64,000 nt of DNA from assembly GCF_006345805.1 (NCBI RefSeq), contig NC_042998.1, forward strand, positions 116,064,001-116,128,000, given 5' to 3'. This DNA comes from Octopus sinensis. Its lineage: Eukaryota. Below are positions 27,133 through 40,164 of this stretch, piece after piece. Position numbers and translations under genes: made by a program. The notes beneath the pieces were generated by a model. It ran no database searches and was not told the origin of the DNA. It saw only the letters and a program-made list of their open reading frames with translations. Every line of letters begins with the position of its first letter. Within the stretch, counting starts at the first letter, position 1.

Positions 27133-27413
27133 ACACTAATGGAGAAGTTCTTAAGCAGATCAGGTCGAAAATGTTGCTAGAATCTAGGATCACCAAGCAT
27201 AGATTGGCATATTTCTGTCATATTATGCGGAGAAAATCCCTGGAGAAGGACATCATGCTCGGAATGGTCAGTGGCAAGAGAGGAAGAGGCCGACCAAGAA
27301 CCCGCTGGTTCCGAATGGACATAGCCAATCTGAAAGAAGCGGCCAAGGATAGAACTGACTGGAGGACACTGATCCATCTAGTAACCGAGAGTCGACTTCT
27401 ACTGAGTGGATAG
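27133..27413 (+). mobile_element. 3' end of an RTE-clade LINE between TA tracts
   Basis: NGEVLKQI...[36 protein letters not shown]...[13 protein letters not shown] is the canonical RTE C-terminus. Confidence 0.9.
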
Positions 27414-27467
27414 ATAGTGTGTATAAATATATAAATATACACACATATATAAATATATATATATATA

Positions 27468-27505
<38 letters not shown>

Positions 27506-28725
27506 CATATGACGCTTATGTTTATAACCTAGCCTTGCGAAGTAGATGAATTTCATTGATTCTTGAGGTATTAAATGCAATTCTTAACGTGTTATGAAGC
27601 ATATATGTGAAAGGTAAAATTTTCCATTACACAATCACTTAATTACTGGCTTTGTATTCAACTTATCTGGTTACGCTATAGAAAATGCATTATAATTATT
27701 TTATTATGTTTTATGTTTTTCCTTCAGATAACTCACGTCGTTCGAAAAAATTATGTATATCATTAATGTTTTAATTTTTGAATATAATTGTGTTTTACAT
27801 TGTCGCATTTTTCTTGCTCTTGTTTGGAATTGGCATTATGTCTGGAATCATTATTATTGATATGAAAGAGAGAGTTAAGTTACACTCATTACTGTTACAT
27901 TCAAAGCAACACATTTCTAATGACATATTTAAAGACCAAAATAGACTTATTTGCAATTACATAGATGTAAGACAATTTTTGTATTTCTGACATGAATATT
28001 TACATATATAAAATATGTAAAATGCGTGTTATCAACAACGAGATTAAGCTAAAACCTAATTTCACTGTTCGTGGGCGTCCTGAGAAGTTCTTGGTCGCCA
28101 ACAAATTCTTGTGATTTTAATATAAATTAAAGCTTAGCTTAAATGTCTTTAACTTAGAACTCTAAATATCTATCTACGTCGAATATCCTAAGCTTATGGC
28201 AGATATCAGATTTACGGGCGCCCATTATCATTATTCCCATAAGAAAGCAGTTGTCATTTAAAATATTCGTATGTACGTTTGAACATGATCTGGTGCTTGG
28301 ATTCGACGGTTGTGCGATTCATACCACAAATGATGATCTCAAGGAAACGAATATATGGCATAATATACGTAAATAGATGCTGTTATCATACATCTTTTTT
28401 TTTTTTTTTAATTTGTGCTTCATTTTTCACTGGCTTACATCATGGCACATCTTTCAGAAAAATAAACGAAAGCAAACGTGAAAAAATATATTTTCTCAGA
28501 AGATACCAAATTAAATACTGAATTTATGCGTTTACTGTAGCTAGATCAAATTATGATTGCAATCTTTTTCTATATTCGCAATAAAAATGGGATGTTTTCA
28601 TTACACAACAACTCCAATAAATAACTAGTTTCCGTATTCCAGCTTTGCTTAAGGCATGCTGCAAACAGAAGTAAAAAGAAACAAAGTTTTATATGAAAAT
28701 GTTAATGGAAGGTAAAAAAATATAG

Positions 28726-28786
<61 letters not shown>

Positions 28787-29128
28787 AAAGTACTTTAAAG
28801 ATTATAGGTTCTATATTTTAATAGTGAACATCCAATTATACACTAAGATATTTAGTATAGGAACATATATTTGCAAGAGGAAATTTCATTTCAGATATTT
28901 CCGTTAATAGGAAAAAAAACTATCGACACGCATTATCATGTATATATATATATATAGAGAGAGAGAGAGACAGAGAGAGATGCATACATAATACATATAT
29001 ATATATATATATTATATATATATAATATATATATATATATAAATATATACATACATATACACATATATATATATATATATATATTTACATATACTTACAT
29101 ATATATACATACATACATTTATATATAT

Positions 29129-29182
<54 letters not shown>

Positions 29183-30479
29183 CATACATATACATGTATA
29201 TACCTACATATACGTGAGAATGTATGCGTTTTAGTATGTGTTTATGTGTGCTTGGACGTGTGTGTGTGAGTATTAAAGATGAAGATTGGGAAGTATATAA
29301 CGATATATTGATACATGTTCGTGAAGTGCACCAGAGAGAAAGTTTATTAGTCTTATCTATACATGCATTGCATTTTTCTCGTATTTGAATATTGATTCCT
29401 GTCATTAAAAAAACACAGCGAAGTGTAGTGGTGAGGAAATGTTTGCGCAAGATCTATGATTATCTGAAGGGCATTAGCGAAAGGAGTGTAATGAAAAGGC
29501 CGCAGCTCAGAATCGAAATATACTAGTATACAGTGCTTGTGGGCTTTCATTAAAAGTATAGTGCCCACCATCGACTGTTAATAGTACCTCACTGGACTAT
29601 ATTGTATTTACATTACCAATCTGCTTCCTAGTTTCCAGAATCTAGACTATTATTTTGACACCCTTTGGCATTGAGAGAATAAGTATTAGCCACACACTAA
29701 GCTCCACAAACTTCAATATTTCCGGTAACTGAAGAAATTTTATACTTTTACTAATGTATACAGAGCGAAAGAGAGCAATGGTATATAAAACAAAATTACA
29801 AAACAGTATTATTACAAATACGCTTTGAGGTATAATATACTCCATACACCTCCTTTGAAAACGTAATTTTCGTAAATGTACAAAAGTAATTATTTTGACA
29901 GCAAATAACTATGTACAATTTTCTACAGCAAAATTTTAGGTGTAGACTTGATTAGATTTTTAAGAACCACTCGATATCTCCCTGAGATTGTAATCGTTTT
30001 CCTGTTATATGTGTATGGTGTGGTGTGTGTGTGTATGTGTGTGTATGTGTGTTGGCCAGACTATTTGCCAGTGGGAGGCATCATTTGAAGAGTAAAATAA
30101 TGCGAGGACGCGCGTTGTCTGAGCAATAGTGCATACAGTGATATTTATCTATCTATCTATTTATCTATTTACATACATATAGTAACATTTTGAATCTCCA
30201 ATCATGTTTCTAAGACCCGATACACAATCAGTGGAACTGCATGAAGTATTTCCACCAGCCCTGCATATCATTTTGAATAATTCCCCCGAATTTAATATAC
30301 AATTCATTGTGCAGGCATAATTCTAAAGATGTAGGAGCACTTGACTACACATCTACTTCCTTATGTACGAGGAAGAGTTCACAAATTCATATTTCCTGAT
30401 CATATACTGTGATCCTTGTAATAAACAATGTTGTCACAGTTCAAATCATTACTATGCATTTCTGTACAGCTTTTCTAAG

Positions 30480-31740
30480 AATCAAACATGAAAACTGGTA
30501 ACTTTGCATTTGTGTATGTGAAGAGAATGATTTACAGACTCCTAGTACGGTTTTCGACCAAGTAGAAGCTACTTGACACAGCGCTTACAGCACTGCGATT
30601 GGGTATTAAAGCAGCTGCTCAACAGCGCAAATATACACATCATAAATCTCGACTTTGTAAAGGCCTTTGATAAAGTCGGTCATAGTATATGTCACAAGGT
30701 GCGTAATCTCAGCATAGTAAAAAAGTCTTGGAGTAGATACATGACTTTCTAAAAGGTAGAAATCGGGTTGTAGCAGCCAATGGGACGACATCTAAAGAAA
30801 CACAAGTACGGTGCCCCACTGCTATTCAGATTGGCCCTCTCAGTCACAACCTCAGCTGTTCAGATAGCCCAACATTGCAAGCTATGCAAATGAGGCAAAA
30901 ATCTCTCAGAGGATGCATCGTCTTAGACAAATTGCGCACCTAAAATAGGAGATGACTGCAATATACAGGTAGGCTAAACACAATAACATGCAGTTTAATG
31001 CTTGAACACTCCAAGACCTGCCTCGTCAGCACGAGAAACTGAATGAAATGCAAAGAGTATATACTGAGTCGGAGCTGGATTGCAATCCCTGAATTAAAAT
31101 CAGTGTGCGACACAGGTATTGGAATGAATAATGATCCAACTTTCCAGGTGCATATTACCGAGCTGCAAATAAAATGTAGACGGCTGGGTGGATGGGTTCT
31201 TATAACTTTCAGTACGAGATGACAGGAAACAATGATGGTCTTCTGGAGGACCTCCGTCCACAGCTCTTTTAGGTAACTGCTCACAACTATGGTCACCACA
31301 CAGTGTTAATTCAACGACGGAACTGGAAACCATTCAAGGAAAATAGCTCTACTCCCAAGAACAAAGTCCGGAGAGATATGAAGTGATACACGTGGAAAAT
31401 TCTAGAAGAATTTTGGCATTGTTAGTTACATCAACAGCAGAAGAGGGCGCAACTGCATAATGTAAAAAATCCCAGAATTGCACTCTGGATACAGAACAAC
31501 ATACTCTAACAACTTAGAATTCTAGGGGCAAAGACTCTTCGATACCCTGCCAAAAATTTGAAAATCCGGCATTAGGTGGACATAGGCGTCTTCAAAACAA
31601 AACTGCATCGATTCTTTCGGGAGTTCGGGATGCGCATAACTCGCTACAAAAAAATGCAGTTGAGAGCAGCAACATTAAAATAACTCATTCACCAAATTCC
31701 ACATTTCAGAAGAGATTTCAAGTAGTGAAAGTATAGCAAA
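30480..31740 (+). mobile_element. Degenerate CR1-group LINE (RT to 3' end)
   Basis: Colinear with 61850-63200, e.g. AATCTCGACTTTGTAAAGGCCTTTGATAAAGTC and ATCCCTGAATTAAAATCAGTGTGCGAC. Many stops and frameshifts. Confidence 0.85.
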
Positions 31741-31750
31741 GTTAATGGCT

Positions 31751-31795
<45 letters not shown>

Positions 31796-31805
31796 GAAAA
31801 GGCCG

Positions 31806-32145
31806 AGGTAGAAAATGCTAAAATAATTTTATAAAAAACAATTCAGTACCGGTTTCAGTCATTGAGACTTTTTCAAATGTAAGTACGGAAAACAATTAAA
31901 TTTCAGAAAAATTAAAAGAAAATTTTTTTAAAAAGAATATTTGCATAGTATTCAAATACAAGGAGCATATTCATTAAAAGAATATTTGCATAGTATCTGA
32001 ATGCTATGCAAACATTCTTTTAAAAAACTTTTCTTTTAATTTTTCCAAAATTTAATTTTTTTCCGTAATTACAGTTGTAAAAGTCTCAATGACTGAAACC
32101 GGTACTGAAATGTTTTTTATAAGATTATTGTAGCATTTTCTACCT
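31806..32145. repeat. Imperfect ~340-bp palindrome next to (TA)n, with a hammerhead-like motif in each arm
   Basis: AGGTAGAAAATGCTA...TTCAGTACCGGTTTCAGTCATTGAGACTTTT is the reverse complement of AAAAGTCTCAATGACTGAAACCGGTACTGAA...TAGCATTTTCTACCT. Confidence 0.9.
31844..31879 (-). ncRNA. Minimal type-I HHR with U3-A8 core variant
   Basis: The minus strand reads CAT-TTGAAAA-AGTC(TCAAT)GACT-GAAAC-CG-GTA-CTG. The mirror copy at 32072-32107 (+) has an intact stem I (CAG/CTG) but an A6U change. Confidence 0.55.
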
Positions 32146-32698
32146 TGACGTTTTTCATATCTATCAACTCGTGTGTTCCTTTTCAACCTTCTACAAACAA
32201 ACACACACACACACACATACGCGCACACACACACATACATATATAATAACAAAGGGAGAAAAATACAAGTAAAAAACTACAACGCGTGGTACATGTAAAG
32301 TATTAATAAGACACTCAGGGAAGGAAAGAAATGGTGTGCCTTGCGTTCAAGCAAAACTCTTCTTCATAAACTGATGACAGAGGGAAGTCCAAAAGAAAAC
32401 GACGGAGATATAAAGCCGCCAACAGTCTACATATAGCTACATTTTGGAATGACCAGAAATAAATGCACAAAAAGAAGTGCTTTCTAAGACTAGGGGAGTG
32501 TAAAGTAAGATTGTATCTGTATGCGTGCGTGCTCGTGTATGATAGCGTGTATGTGTGTATATGGCAGCGTGTGTGTGTGGCAGTAACTGAGTGTGTGTGT
32601 GTACTGTGGTGGTAGTTTTATGTGTGTGTGCAAGGTAGCTTGTGTGCATGTAGCAGTAACTGGGTGCATGTGTGTGGCGGTAACTGAGTGCGTATTAG

Positions 32699-32840
32699 TG
32701 ACTTTGCCTTTCATCCTTTTGGGGTCGATTAAATAAGTACCAGTTACGCACTGAGGTCGATATAATCGACTTAATCCGTTTGTCTGTCCTTGTTTCTCCT
32801 CTCTGTGTTTAGCCCCTTGTGGGTAGTAAAGAAATAGGTA
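32699..32840 (+). mobile_element. SINE 3' fragment (family of 35879-36114)
   Basis: GACTTTGCCTTTCATCCTTTTGGGGTCGATTAAATAAGTACCAG...GTAGTAAAGAAATAGGTATT is nearly identical to 35973-36114. Confidence 0.85.
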
Positions 32841-33202
32841 TTAATTTTTTATATGTGTGAGTGTGAGCGACCTTTGTGTGTGTTAATGTCGTAGTAAGAG
32901 GTCAGCAGCTGTGGTACTAGGTGTGGTTGTTTTAGTGTTGTTGTGTGCTTTTGCACATTTAAGTAAATGGGATGGTCAGTAGTGGGGTGTTTAGGAGGCA
33001 GTCAGAAGGGTGTGTGAATGTATTTATGAATCTGAATGTATTTATGTGTGCGTTGCTATGTGTACTTAGACGGAGTGGGAATGTGTGTATGTGTGTGTAT
33101 GTGGACATGTCTGGTTTCCTCTGAGTGTGTCGCACTCACTGTGTCAATCTGTCTCTCTCTCTCACTGTCTCTCTCTGTATGTGTATGTGTGTCCGTGTAT
33201 GC

Positions 33203-33240
<38 letters not shown>

Positions 33241-33412
33241 TAAATATTAGGGAATAAATCCAAATTTACAGGGAAAAAATCAGATTTAGGATTAAATCGA
33301 TTTTATAGTAAAATATTATAAAATATTATTCGAGACACAACCACTATTTTGCAAAACAAACAAGGAAAGACTTAATCAATACATAAATTTTAATAAATAG
33401 TCAAAAAAACCG

Positions 33413-33455
33413 CCACTACAATCGTTTCTTGTCTTGATCGACAATCTTCAGGTGG
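33413..33455 (-). ncRNA. Minimal type-I hammerhead ribozyme (minus strand)
   Basis: Exact mirror of 33498-33540. Confidence 0.85.
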
Positions 33456-33497
33456 ACTTCCAATAATTCAGTGTCTTGACACTGAATTATTGGAAGT

Positions 33498-33540
33498 CCA
33501 CCTGAAGATTGTCGATCAAGACAAGAAACGATTGTAGTGG
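33498..33540 (+). ncRNA. Minimal type-I hammerhead ribozyme (plus strand)
   Basis: CCAC-CTGAAGA-TTGTC(GATCAA)GACAA-GAAAC(GATT)GTA^GTGG. All core nucleotides are present and stems I, II and III pair. Predicted cleavage after 33536. Confidence 0.85.
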
Positions 33541-33626
33541 CGGTTTTTTTGACTATTTATTAAAATTTATGTATTGATTAAGTCTTTCCTTGTTTGTTTT
33601 GCAAAATAGTGGTTTTGTCTCGAATA

Positions 33627-33671
<45 letters not shown>

Positions 33672-34161
33672 GCACACACAGACACGCACATACACGCACA
33701 CGCAGAGACACACACAGACACACAATTTCCGTGTGTCTATATATATATATATATGTGTGTATGTGTGTGTGTGTGCATGTGTATGTATTTGTGTATGTGT
33801 GTGTGTGTGTGTGTGTGTGTACGTGCGTGTGTGTGTGTGCTTATATCCCCGGCATTGACTTAGACACTATTCACTCAACGTGCATTCTCTTAAAGAAGAT
33901 ATATTTATATTGCAATATTAAAAATATTTAAAAGAATTCTGCATTTATGCTGTGACAGCCATATGTGGCCGCTTATGAAACGAGAAATAGTAGATGAATC
34001 TCACATATATCATTAGGTCTCAAAATGTACAACTTAAATCAATTAATACAAGATATATTTGATCATGGGACTGTTTTATGAAGATAACAATAATTACAAC
34101 AATAACTGCGAAGTAACCGGGCTTTATATATTCTACCCTTGCTAACATTAAGAGTATATAT

Positions 34162-34212
<51 letters not shown>

Positions 34213-35042
34213 TATATATTTTACTCATCGATATAACTTCAAAAATCTAGTAAAGTTGTATCACTTTGACAGAGGGTAATAGGTATACGCTTGAGTGAAT
34301 AAAGAAATCATGTGGAAAAGCTTGACAGAAGGGATCTATAAAAGCGTAATCTTTGCGAATTCATGGATAACGACTAATGGGAAGGTGCTTGTGTACATAT
34401 ACAAACCTTTCCAAATTCTAACTCCCAACTGTTATTCCGCTAAAATAATAAGAAAATATCAGTTTAAGTCACAAATTGTAGAAACATTTTATAACAAGTT
34501 GATTCTGACCAAAACCCACCGGAACACTAAAAATACATTCAAAAAGTAAACAGCACTATTGCTAATAGTCATTAAACGAAACGTGCCTTCTTTTGCAAGT
34601 TATATACGCATATGCAGTACGTGATGATTTTCTTTAAAACATGTCACCCTACTTCATCTTCAGAACTGTTGAATTTTCACACTATAAGTTTTGAGGAGAA
34701 CGATACACATTGAAAAAACTACTTACAAGTATATATATACCCAATGCATTTACATATGCGTCGCTGCTAAAAAAAAGCAAAAAAACAAAAACAAAAAAAA
34801 CACTTTCTCTGTATATAAATAATATAATTCTATAGATTGCTAAATCTAAATGCCGATACGAAGCGACTGGAATTTTTTCTTTACTTATAGTTTTCCTATA
34901 AGTCGATTTTTACCGACATCATTTTCTTCGATGTAACAAGTAGAATAGATGTATTTCAGGACCCAAATATGCGCGCTCACACACACATACTTTGTGTGTT
35001 TATTTTTACGTATATATGCATACATACAAAAAAATTTATAAT

Positions 35043-35077
<35 letters not shown>

Positions 35078-35135
35078 TATATATATATACATACATACAT
35101 ACATACATGCATACATACATACATACATACATACA

Positions 35136-35203
<68 letters not shown>

Positions 35204-35354
35204 TATATATATATATAACGAATATATAAATATGTTAGAGCGATCATATAAATATATTATATACGTGTGTATGCATATATCTGTATATACATATTTATGT
35301 ACGTATATATATATGTGTTATATATATCCATCCATACATACAGACATATATATA

Positions 35355-35877
35355 CAGGGCTTGGACAAAATATTGGAAACACCTAGCATTATAGCATCAT
35401 AATTTTGTAATATCTATAAAAAGCCTATTTATTTTTATGTTTTTTCATTTATCATTAATGTTGCTTAATATATTTTTGCTTAAATTGCTGTTTCAGATAT
35501 CCTCAGAAAAAGGTAATTAAAATTCACTAAAATTACAGATCAATCTGTAATGGTGCCTGTATGGCCGAAATAGTCGAAATGTTTGGTGTATCTCGAAAGT
35601 AATGATAGCCTTTGAAGAAAACTAAAACTTTCAGAAGGGACCACCGGACACTTACGCGAATTGTTAGAAAGAATCACAAATGTACAGCTTCCAAAAATAC
35701 TGCAGAGCTCAGTGATCATTACGAGAACCTAGTTTCCAAAACAACTGTTCACCGGGAGTTCCGCGCAAAGCCATATTTCACGGTAGGACTGCAATCAAAA
35801 AACCATTACTTTCAAAAACGAACGTTTCAAAGCGTTTAGAGTGGAGTGAAATCCTACAGAATTTTCACTAGAAGAAA
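35355..35877 (+). mobile_element. Tc1-family DNA transposon, 5' portion (TIR and N-terminal transposase)
   Basis: TA|CAGGGCTTGGACAAAATATTGGAAACACC terminus. Peptides RDHRTLTRIVRKNHKCTASK..AEL...VSKTTVHRE and GRTAIKKPLLSKTNVSKRLEW. Truncated at the SINE. Confidence 0.85.
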
Positions 35878-35878
35878 A

Positions 35879-36114
35879 AGGCGGTGAGCTGGCAGAAACG
35901 TTTGCGAACAGGGCAAAATGCTTAGCAGTATTTCGTCTGCCGCTACGTTCTGAGTTCAAATTCCGCCGAGGTCGACTTTGCCTTTCATCCTTTCCGGGTC
36001 GATTAAATAAGTACCAGTTATGCACTGGGGTCGATATAATCGACTTAATCCGTTCGTCTGTCCTTGTTTGTCCTCTCTGTATGTAGCCCCATGCTGGTAG
36101 TAAAGAAATAGGTA
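35879..36114 (+). mobile_element. SINE (GAGCTGGCAGAAACG family)
   Basis: Related copies at 15484, 32699, 43089/43452 and 46030. Contains TTCTGAGTTCAAATTCC (B-box-like) and GTCGACTTTGCCTTTCATCC. Confidence 0.8.
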
Positions 36115-36306
36115 TTGCGTATAGGTCTCAAAGTTTAGGAATGACAGCTATAGAATTATTGGAAGGTGAGATAGTGAAGGAATGGCAATTATTTGAAGGA
36201 GGGAAAGTGTGTAATTTAGTGGCAGAGGGAGATTACTATGGTATGTAAAAATAAATGTTGTCTGCTATTGGAGGGGGAGTACTGAGGTAATCAGAGGCGT
36301 ATGACA

Positions 36307-37085
36307 TTGAATAGAGGAAGGTGAACAGAGAGAGAAGGAAAGGTTGATAGGTTAGTATCCAATTAGGTGAAGTTGTATAAAGTGGTATTGGAAAGGATAC
36401 CACTTGTGCGGATGGGGAGGGTGTGAGGGATGTGGGATGTGGTGGGTAAGAGGAGCTTGCAAGGTAATCACATGAAGGAATAATTTAGTAGGAAGTCCGG
36501 TATTAGTGGAGGGTGAAGTTGATAGGCTAATCTTGTCCTACCTCGAGATTAATTTTAATTAAAGATAATTATAATTATGGGAGTATATTGATTTAGCAAA
36601 ATGGTCAAATGATAAGAAGTACCTATGATTATAAGAGAATATCACATCTGAGAATCTATGAACCAATGAGGAGCTGTTGCAGGATGCGATGCGTAAAATG
36701 TCGCCTAGGGCACTATTTGTGAGAAAAAATATCCTCATAACGCAATTGAATCTGCCAGGAATTTGGAATCAACCTGCTGTGTGTTTGAAATTCGCTCCGG
36801 AAGATCCATTACGAACAGGTGGTGAACAAATAGAACAAATTTTGGCTTGTCGTGTCCCCAAAACATGTACCGAGAGTGATAAAAATCAAACATCTGGTCA
36901 ACATCACATTATTTGGAGTGATCACTAGTGATGGCGATGTTATGCCGCCATTCATCCCATTTTCCTCACAGCCTCCCCTTCCTCACAAGTGGTAATCTTT
37001 CGAAAACCACTTAATACAACTTCATCCAATTGGATACTAACCTATCAACCTTTCCCTCACTCTCTGTTCACCTTCCTCTATTCAA
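36307..37085. repeat. ~133-bp inverted repeat pair (36307-36439 / 36953-37085)
   Basis: TTGAATAGAGGAAGGTGAACAGAGAG..GGAAAGGTTGATAGGTTAGTATCCAATT is matched in reverse complement; roughly 85% identity by eye. Confidence 0.85.
36760..36955 (+). mobile_element. mariner/maT (DD37D-like) transposase fragment
   Basis: PKHVPRVIKIKHLVNITLFGVITSDGDVMPPFI resembles the maT motif KHPVHIMVFGVVTSDGDVMPPFIF. Confidence 0.75.
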
Positions 37086-37876
37086 ATTGCTATGTTCCAA
37101 TATCAGTAAAGAACTGAAGATATAATCGGTATCAGTATATGTGGCCATGTGGGAAGATGCTTTCAGTTTCTTAGTATTTAGTCGAGAGGGGTTACTAAGG
37201 GTTGTATTAATGCTACTAGGTGGGTTCAGCTGGGGTGTAGTGGCACAAATTTCAGACTCCATAGACTGAAGTTGTTTGTGTCTGTTAGTGGAGGCAACTA
37301 TGGATCCCAAATTAAATGTGGCAGAATAGTACATTGTAACAGCCACACAAAATTATGAATATATGCACAAACATTTGTAAAAATATATACACATACCTAT
37401 AAATATACAGTCCTAGGAATTCATAATAACATATGAAAAACATGTGAAGCTCTGCTATCAGGCGTACACACATATATGCAAATACGATCTACTACATACG
37501 CTTAATGCAGTAATAGTTATGTGTTTATGCATAAAAAATCAAAATTAGACTTAATATTTATAAAATTCCAATTAAATACATTAGGGATAATAATTCGGGA
37601 GTTGTTCACCTTCGACGTGCATGTTGATTTGTCTACTCCAAAACCTTGCGGAATATCACGTAATTTTATTGAGCTTTATTACGTTTTCATCCAAGATAGA
37701 GACGAACAAAAACACTTCATGTGACGGACTTGAATTAATGTAGAGAGATATCACTTTCGACATGAAGCCAATGTTAGCCAGGTTACCCAACAGATAAAGA
37801 ATACATACATCCATCCATACATACGTACATACACACATACATATACATACATACATATATCTTAAAAAAACACAAT

Positions 37877-38070
37877 GCTGAATAATAACTACAACTGCAA
37901 AAACTGGTGGATGGAGGTTTGAATCCGTATACATGAAAAATCATATATAAATAATTCTTTTTTCCGGAGTATATGTCTTTTTTATAATTTCGTCGCTTTT
38001 TCAGTATCATGTATACAGATGAAACCTCTAACCACCAGTTTTTGCAACCGTAGTAAGTATTCAGTGTTTT
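37877..38070. mobile_element. MITE-like element with ~60-bp imperfect inverted arms
   Basis: CTGAATAATAACTACAACTGCAAAAACTGGTGGATGGAGGTTTGAATCCGTATACATGA vs TCATGTATACAGATGAAACCTCTAACCACCAGTTTTTGCAACCGTAGTAAGTATTCAG. Confidence 0.6.
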
Positions 38071-38620
38071 AAGGGGTCATTTCCCATCATTGCGTATCGC
38101 GCTAATTTCATTTTGCAATTAACTTTTTTTTATACCTCTCCGATTAATATGTCTGCAAGATATATACAATGAATGGCATGAAGAAAAATCTTTTTGTAGG
38201 TAATGCATTTTGCACATAACTCGCTATGAATACGGTTAGAAGAAAGCGAGCAATATCAGTGTTTACCCTTACTTTCAAATAATTTAGTTTTATAAACTAA
38301 TGAAAACAACAATATTTTAACAAAAAGTGTGAATCAGAATAGGAAATAATGTCATTAAACCCGAAGATAAATAACTATGTGTGTTAATGGCACCTAGAAA
38401 CGAATCTAAAATCACTGTTACAAACCCCTTTTTTTTCAAGTTATATATATATATTTCCTCAACAGTTGCACCTTCAGTTTTAATGCAACAATTCAGACCA
38501 TATTTTTAGTTTTAAGTTGTTTTTTCCTACAAAATGAAGAAGTCCCTGATGAATTTCATGGATCTTGCTCTTGTTTCCTTCCTGACTAAACTAAAATAAA
38601 AGCTGATATATAATAATATG

Positions 38621-38918
38621 TGGAGGCGCAATAGCCTAGTGGTTGGGGCAGCGGACTCGCGGTCGTAGGATCGCGGTTTCGATTCCCAGACCGGGCGTTG
38701 TGAGTGTATATTGAGTGAAAACACCTAAAAGCTCCACGAGGCTCCGATATGGGGTGGTGTCCCTGCTGTACTCTTTCACCACTCTTTCTCCTACTCTTTC
38801 TTCTGTTGGCCTGCTCGCTTAGCCGGCGGGGTGGCGTCATTCGAAGGCTAAAACAATGCGAACGCATTGTGACCAGCGATGTGTAACTACATCTAATGGA
38901 CGGGTCGGTCACGTGATG
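38621..38918 (+). mobile_element. tRNA(Arg-like)-derived SINE, second body type
   Basis: A box TAGCCTAGTGG and B box GGTTTCGATTCC. The head is shared with the 8825 copy but the 3' body differs. Confidence 0.8.
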
Positions 38919-38973
38919 ATGATAATAATATACAATTATATGCATATATGGAAATGTTCTGCTTAACACACAA

Positions 38974-39022
<49 letters not shown>

Positions 39023-39944
39023 TACACACACATAATTTACATCTAATGTACAATAAACAGAATTAACTAACCCAGTCGTACCCTTAAAAAGCTCCTTTAA
39101 TGGATCTGGCTAAAAACCACATTGTAAACCAAAACAAAACAAAAAAGAGATGTAATGTATGGTCCACTGCAGCTGAAATCCAGTAGACCAAACTGGTAGT
39201 GATAATTGTATTAGGTGTGTATAAAATATAATAAAAAAGAGAGGTTGTATAAGATGAACATATTCATTTAACCATTTGATATCCAAATAACTACGATCGT
39301 TTCGCAGCCTTAATTATATAAAAACAATTTGTTTTAGTGTATAATAATAAATTAAATCGGTAATAAATTATTTTACATGCTTGTAAGATATATAATATTA
39401 TTATATAAGACAATTATATAACTTATAAATTAATGCAAGTTTAAATTCATTATGTTCACTAGTACAACTTATACTCAAAAGCAGAGTCAAATTTCAAAAT
39501 ATTGATATATGGAAGACAATAAGTAATAACATTAACAAAATGGTTTAATATATGAGACAGGAGGGAGATTTAGCAAGATATTGAAATTTAAACAATGGAT
39601 TATGGTGGGGGAAGAGAATGTTTTATGTTTTGAAAGTCGATGTATATCTATGGTATTGATGAAAGTAAATAACTATGATATTCTCTGAGCTGATAAGCAA
39701 GCTTTATTTTTACATGTATTAATTTATAAATTATACAACAGTATCATATAATTTATATTATATACATTATTATAGGCATGTGCAACAACTTAATATTATT
39801 TTATTATGCATTAAAATAAAATGCTGCGAAGCTATACGAATGTCAGTCAAAATAAATACTTCCTTCTTATACCTTCCCTCTTTATATTACAAGTATTTAT
39901 ATATTCACTCACACACACACACATATATATTCATATATATATAT

Positions 39945-39976
<32 letters not shown>

Positions 39977-39997
39977 TACAAACATATATATGCGTGA

Positions 39998-40064
<67 letters not shown>

Positions 40065-40164
40065 AAGTAAAAGTGGAATGAGCTATGACGTTGTTTAAAG
40101 CTTTCTTTATATTTGTTACATTAAGTGACTTTTATGAAATACTACCGGTTTAGATGTGTACATC

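Larger units (their letters stand above)
33317..33636. repeat. Near-perfect 320-bp palindrome between (TA)n tracts
   Basis: Arms of 159 bp surround a TT loop at 33476-33477. I see one mismatch (GACACAACC vs GGTTTTGTC). Confidence 0.95.

Noticed and set aside
39285-39315. GAAACGATCGTA half-sites (also CTGAAACAGCTGTT at about 52405, both minus strand)
   Set aside because: Only the stem III half is present with no CUGANGA core. Counted as possible relics, not called as ribozymes.
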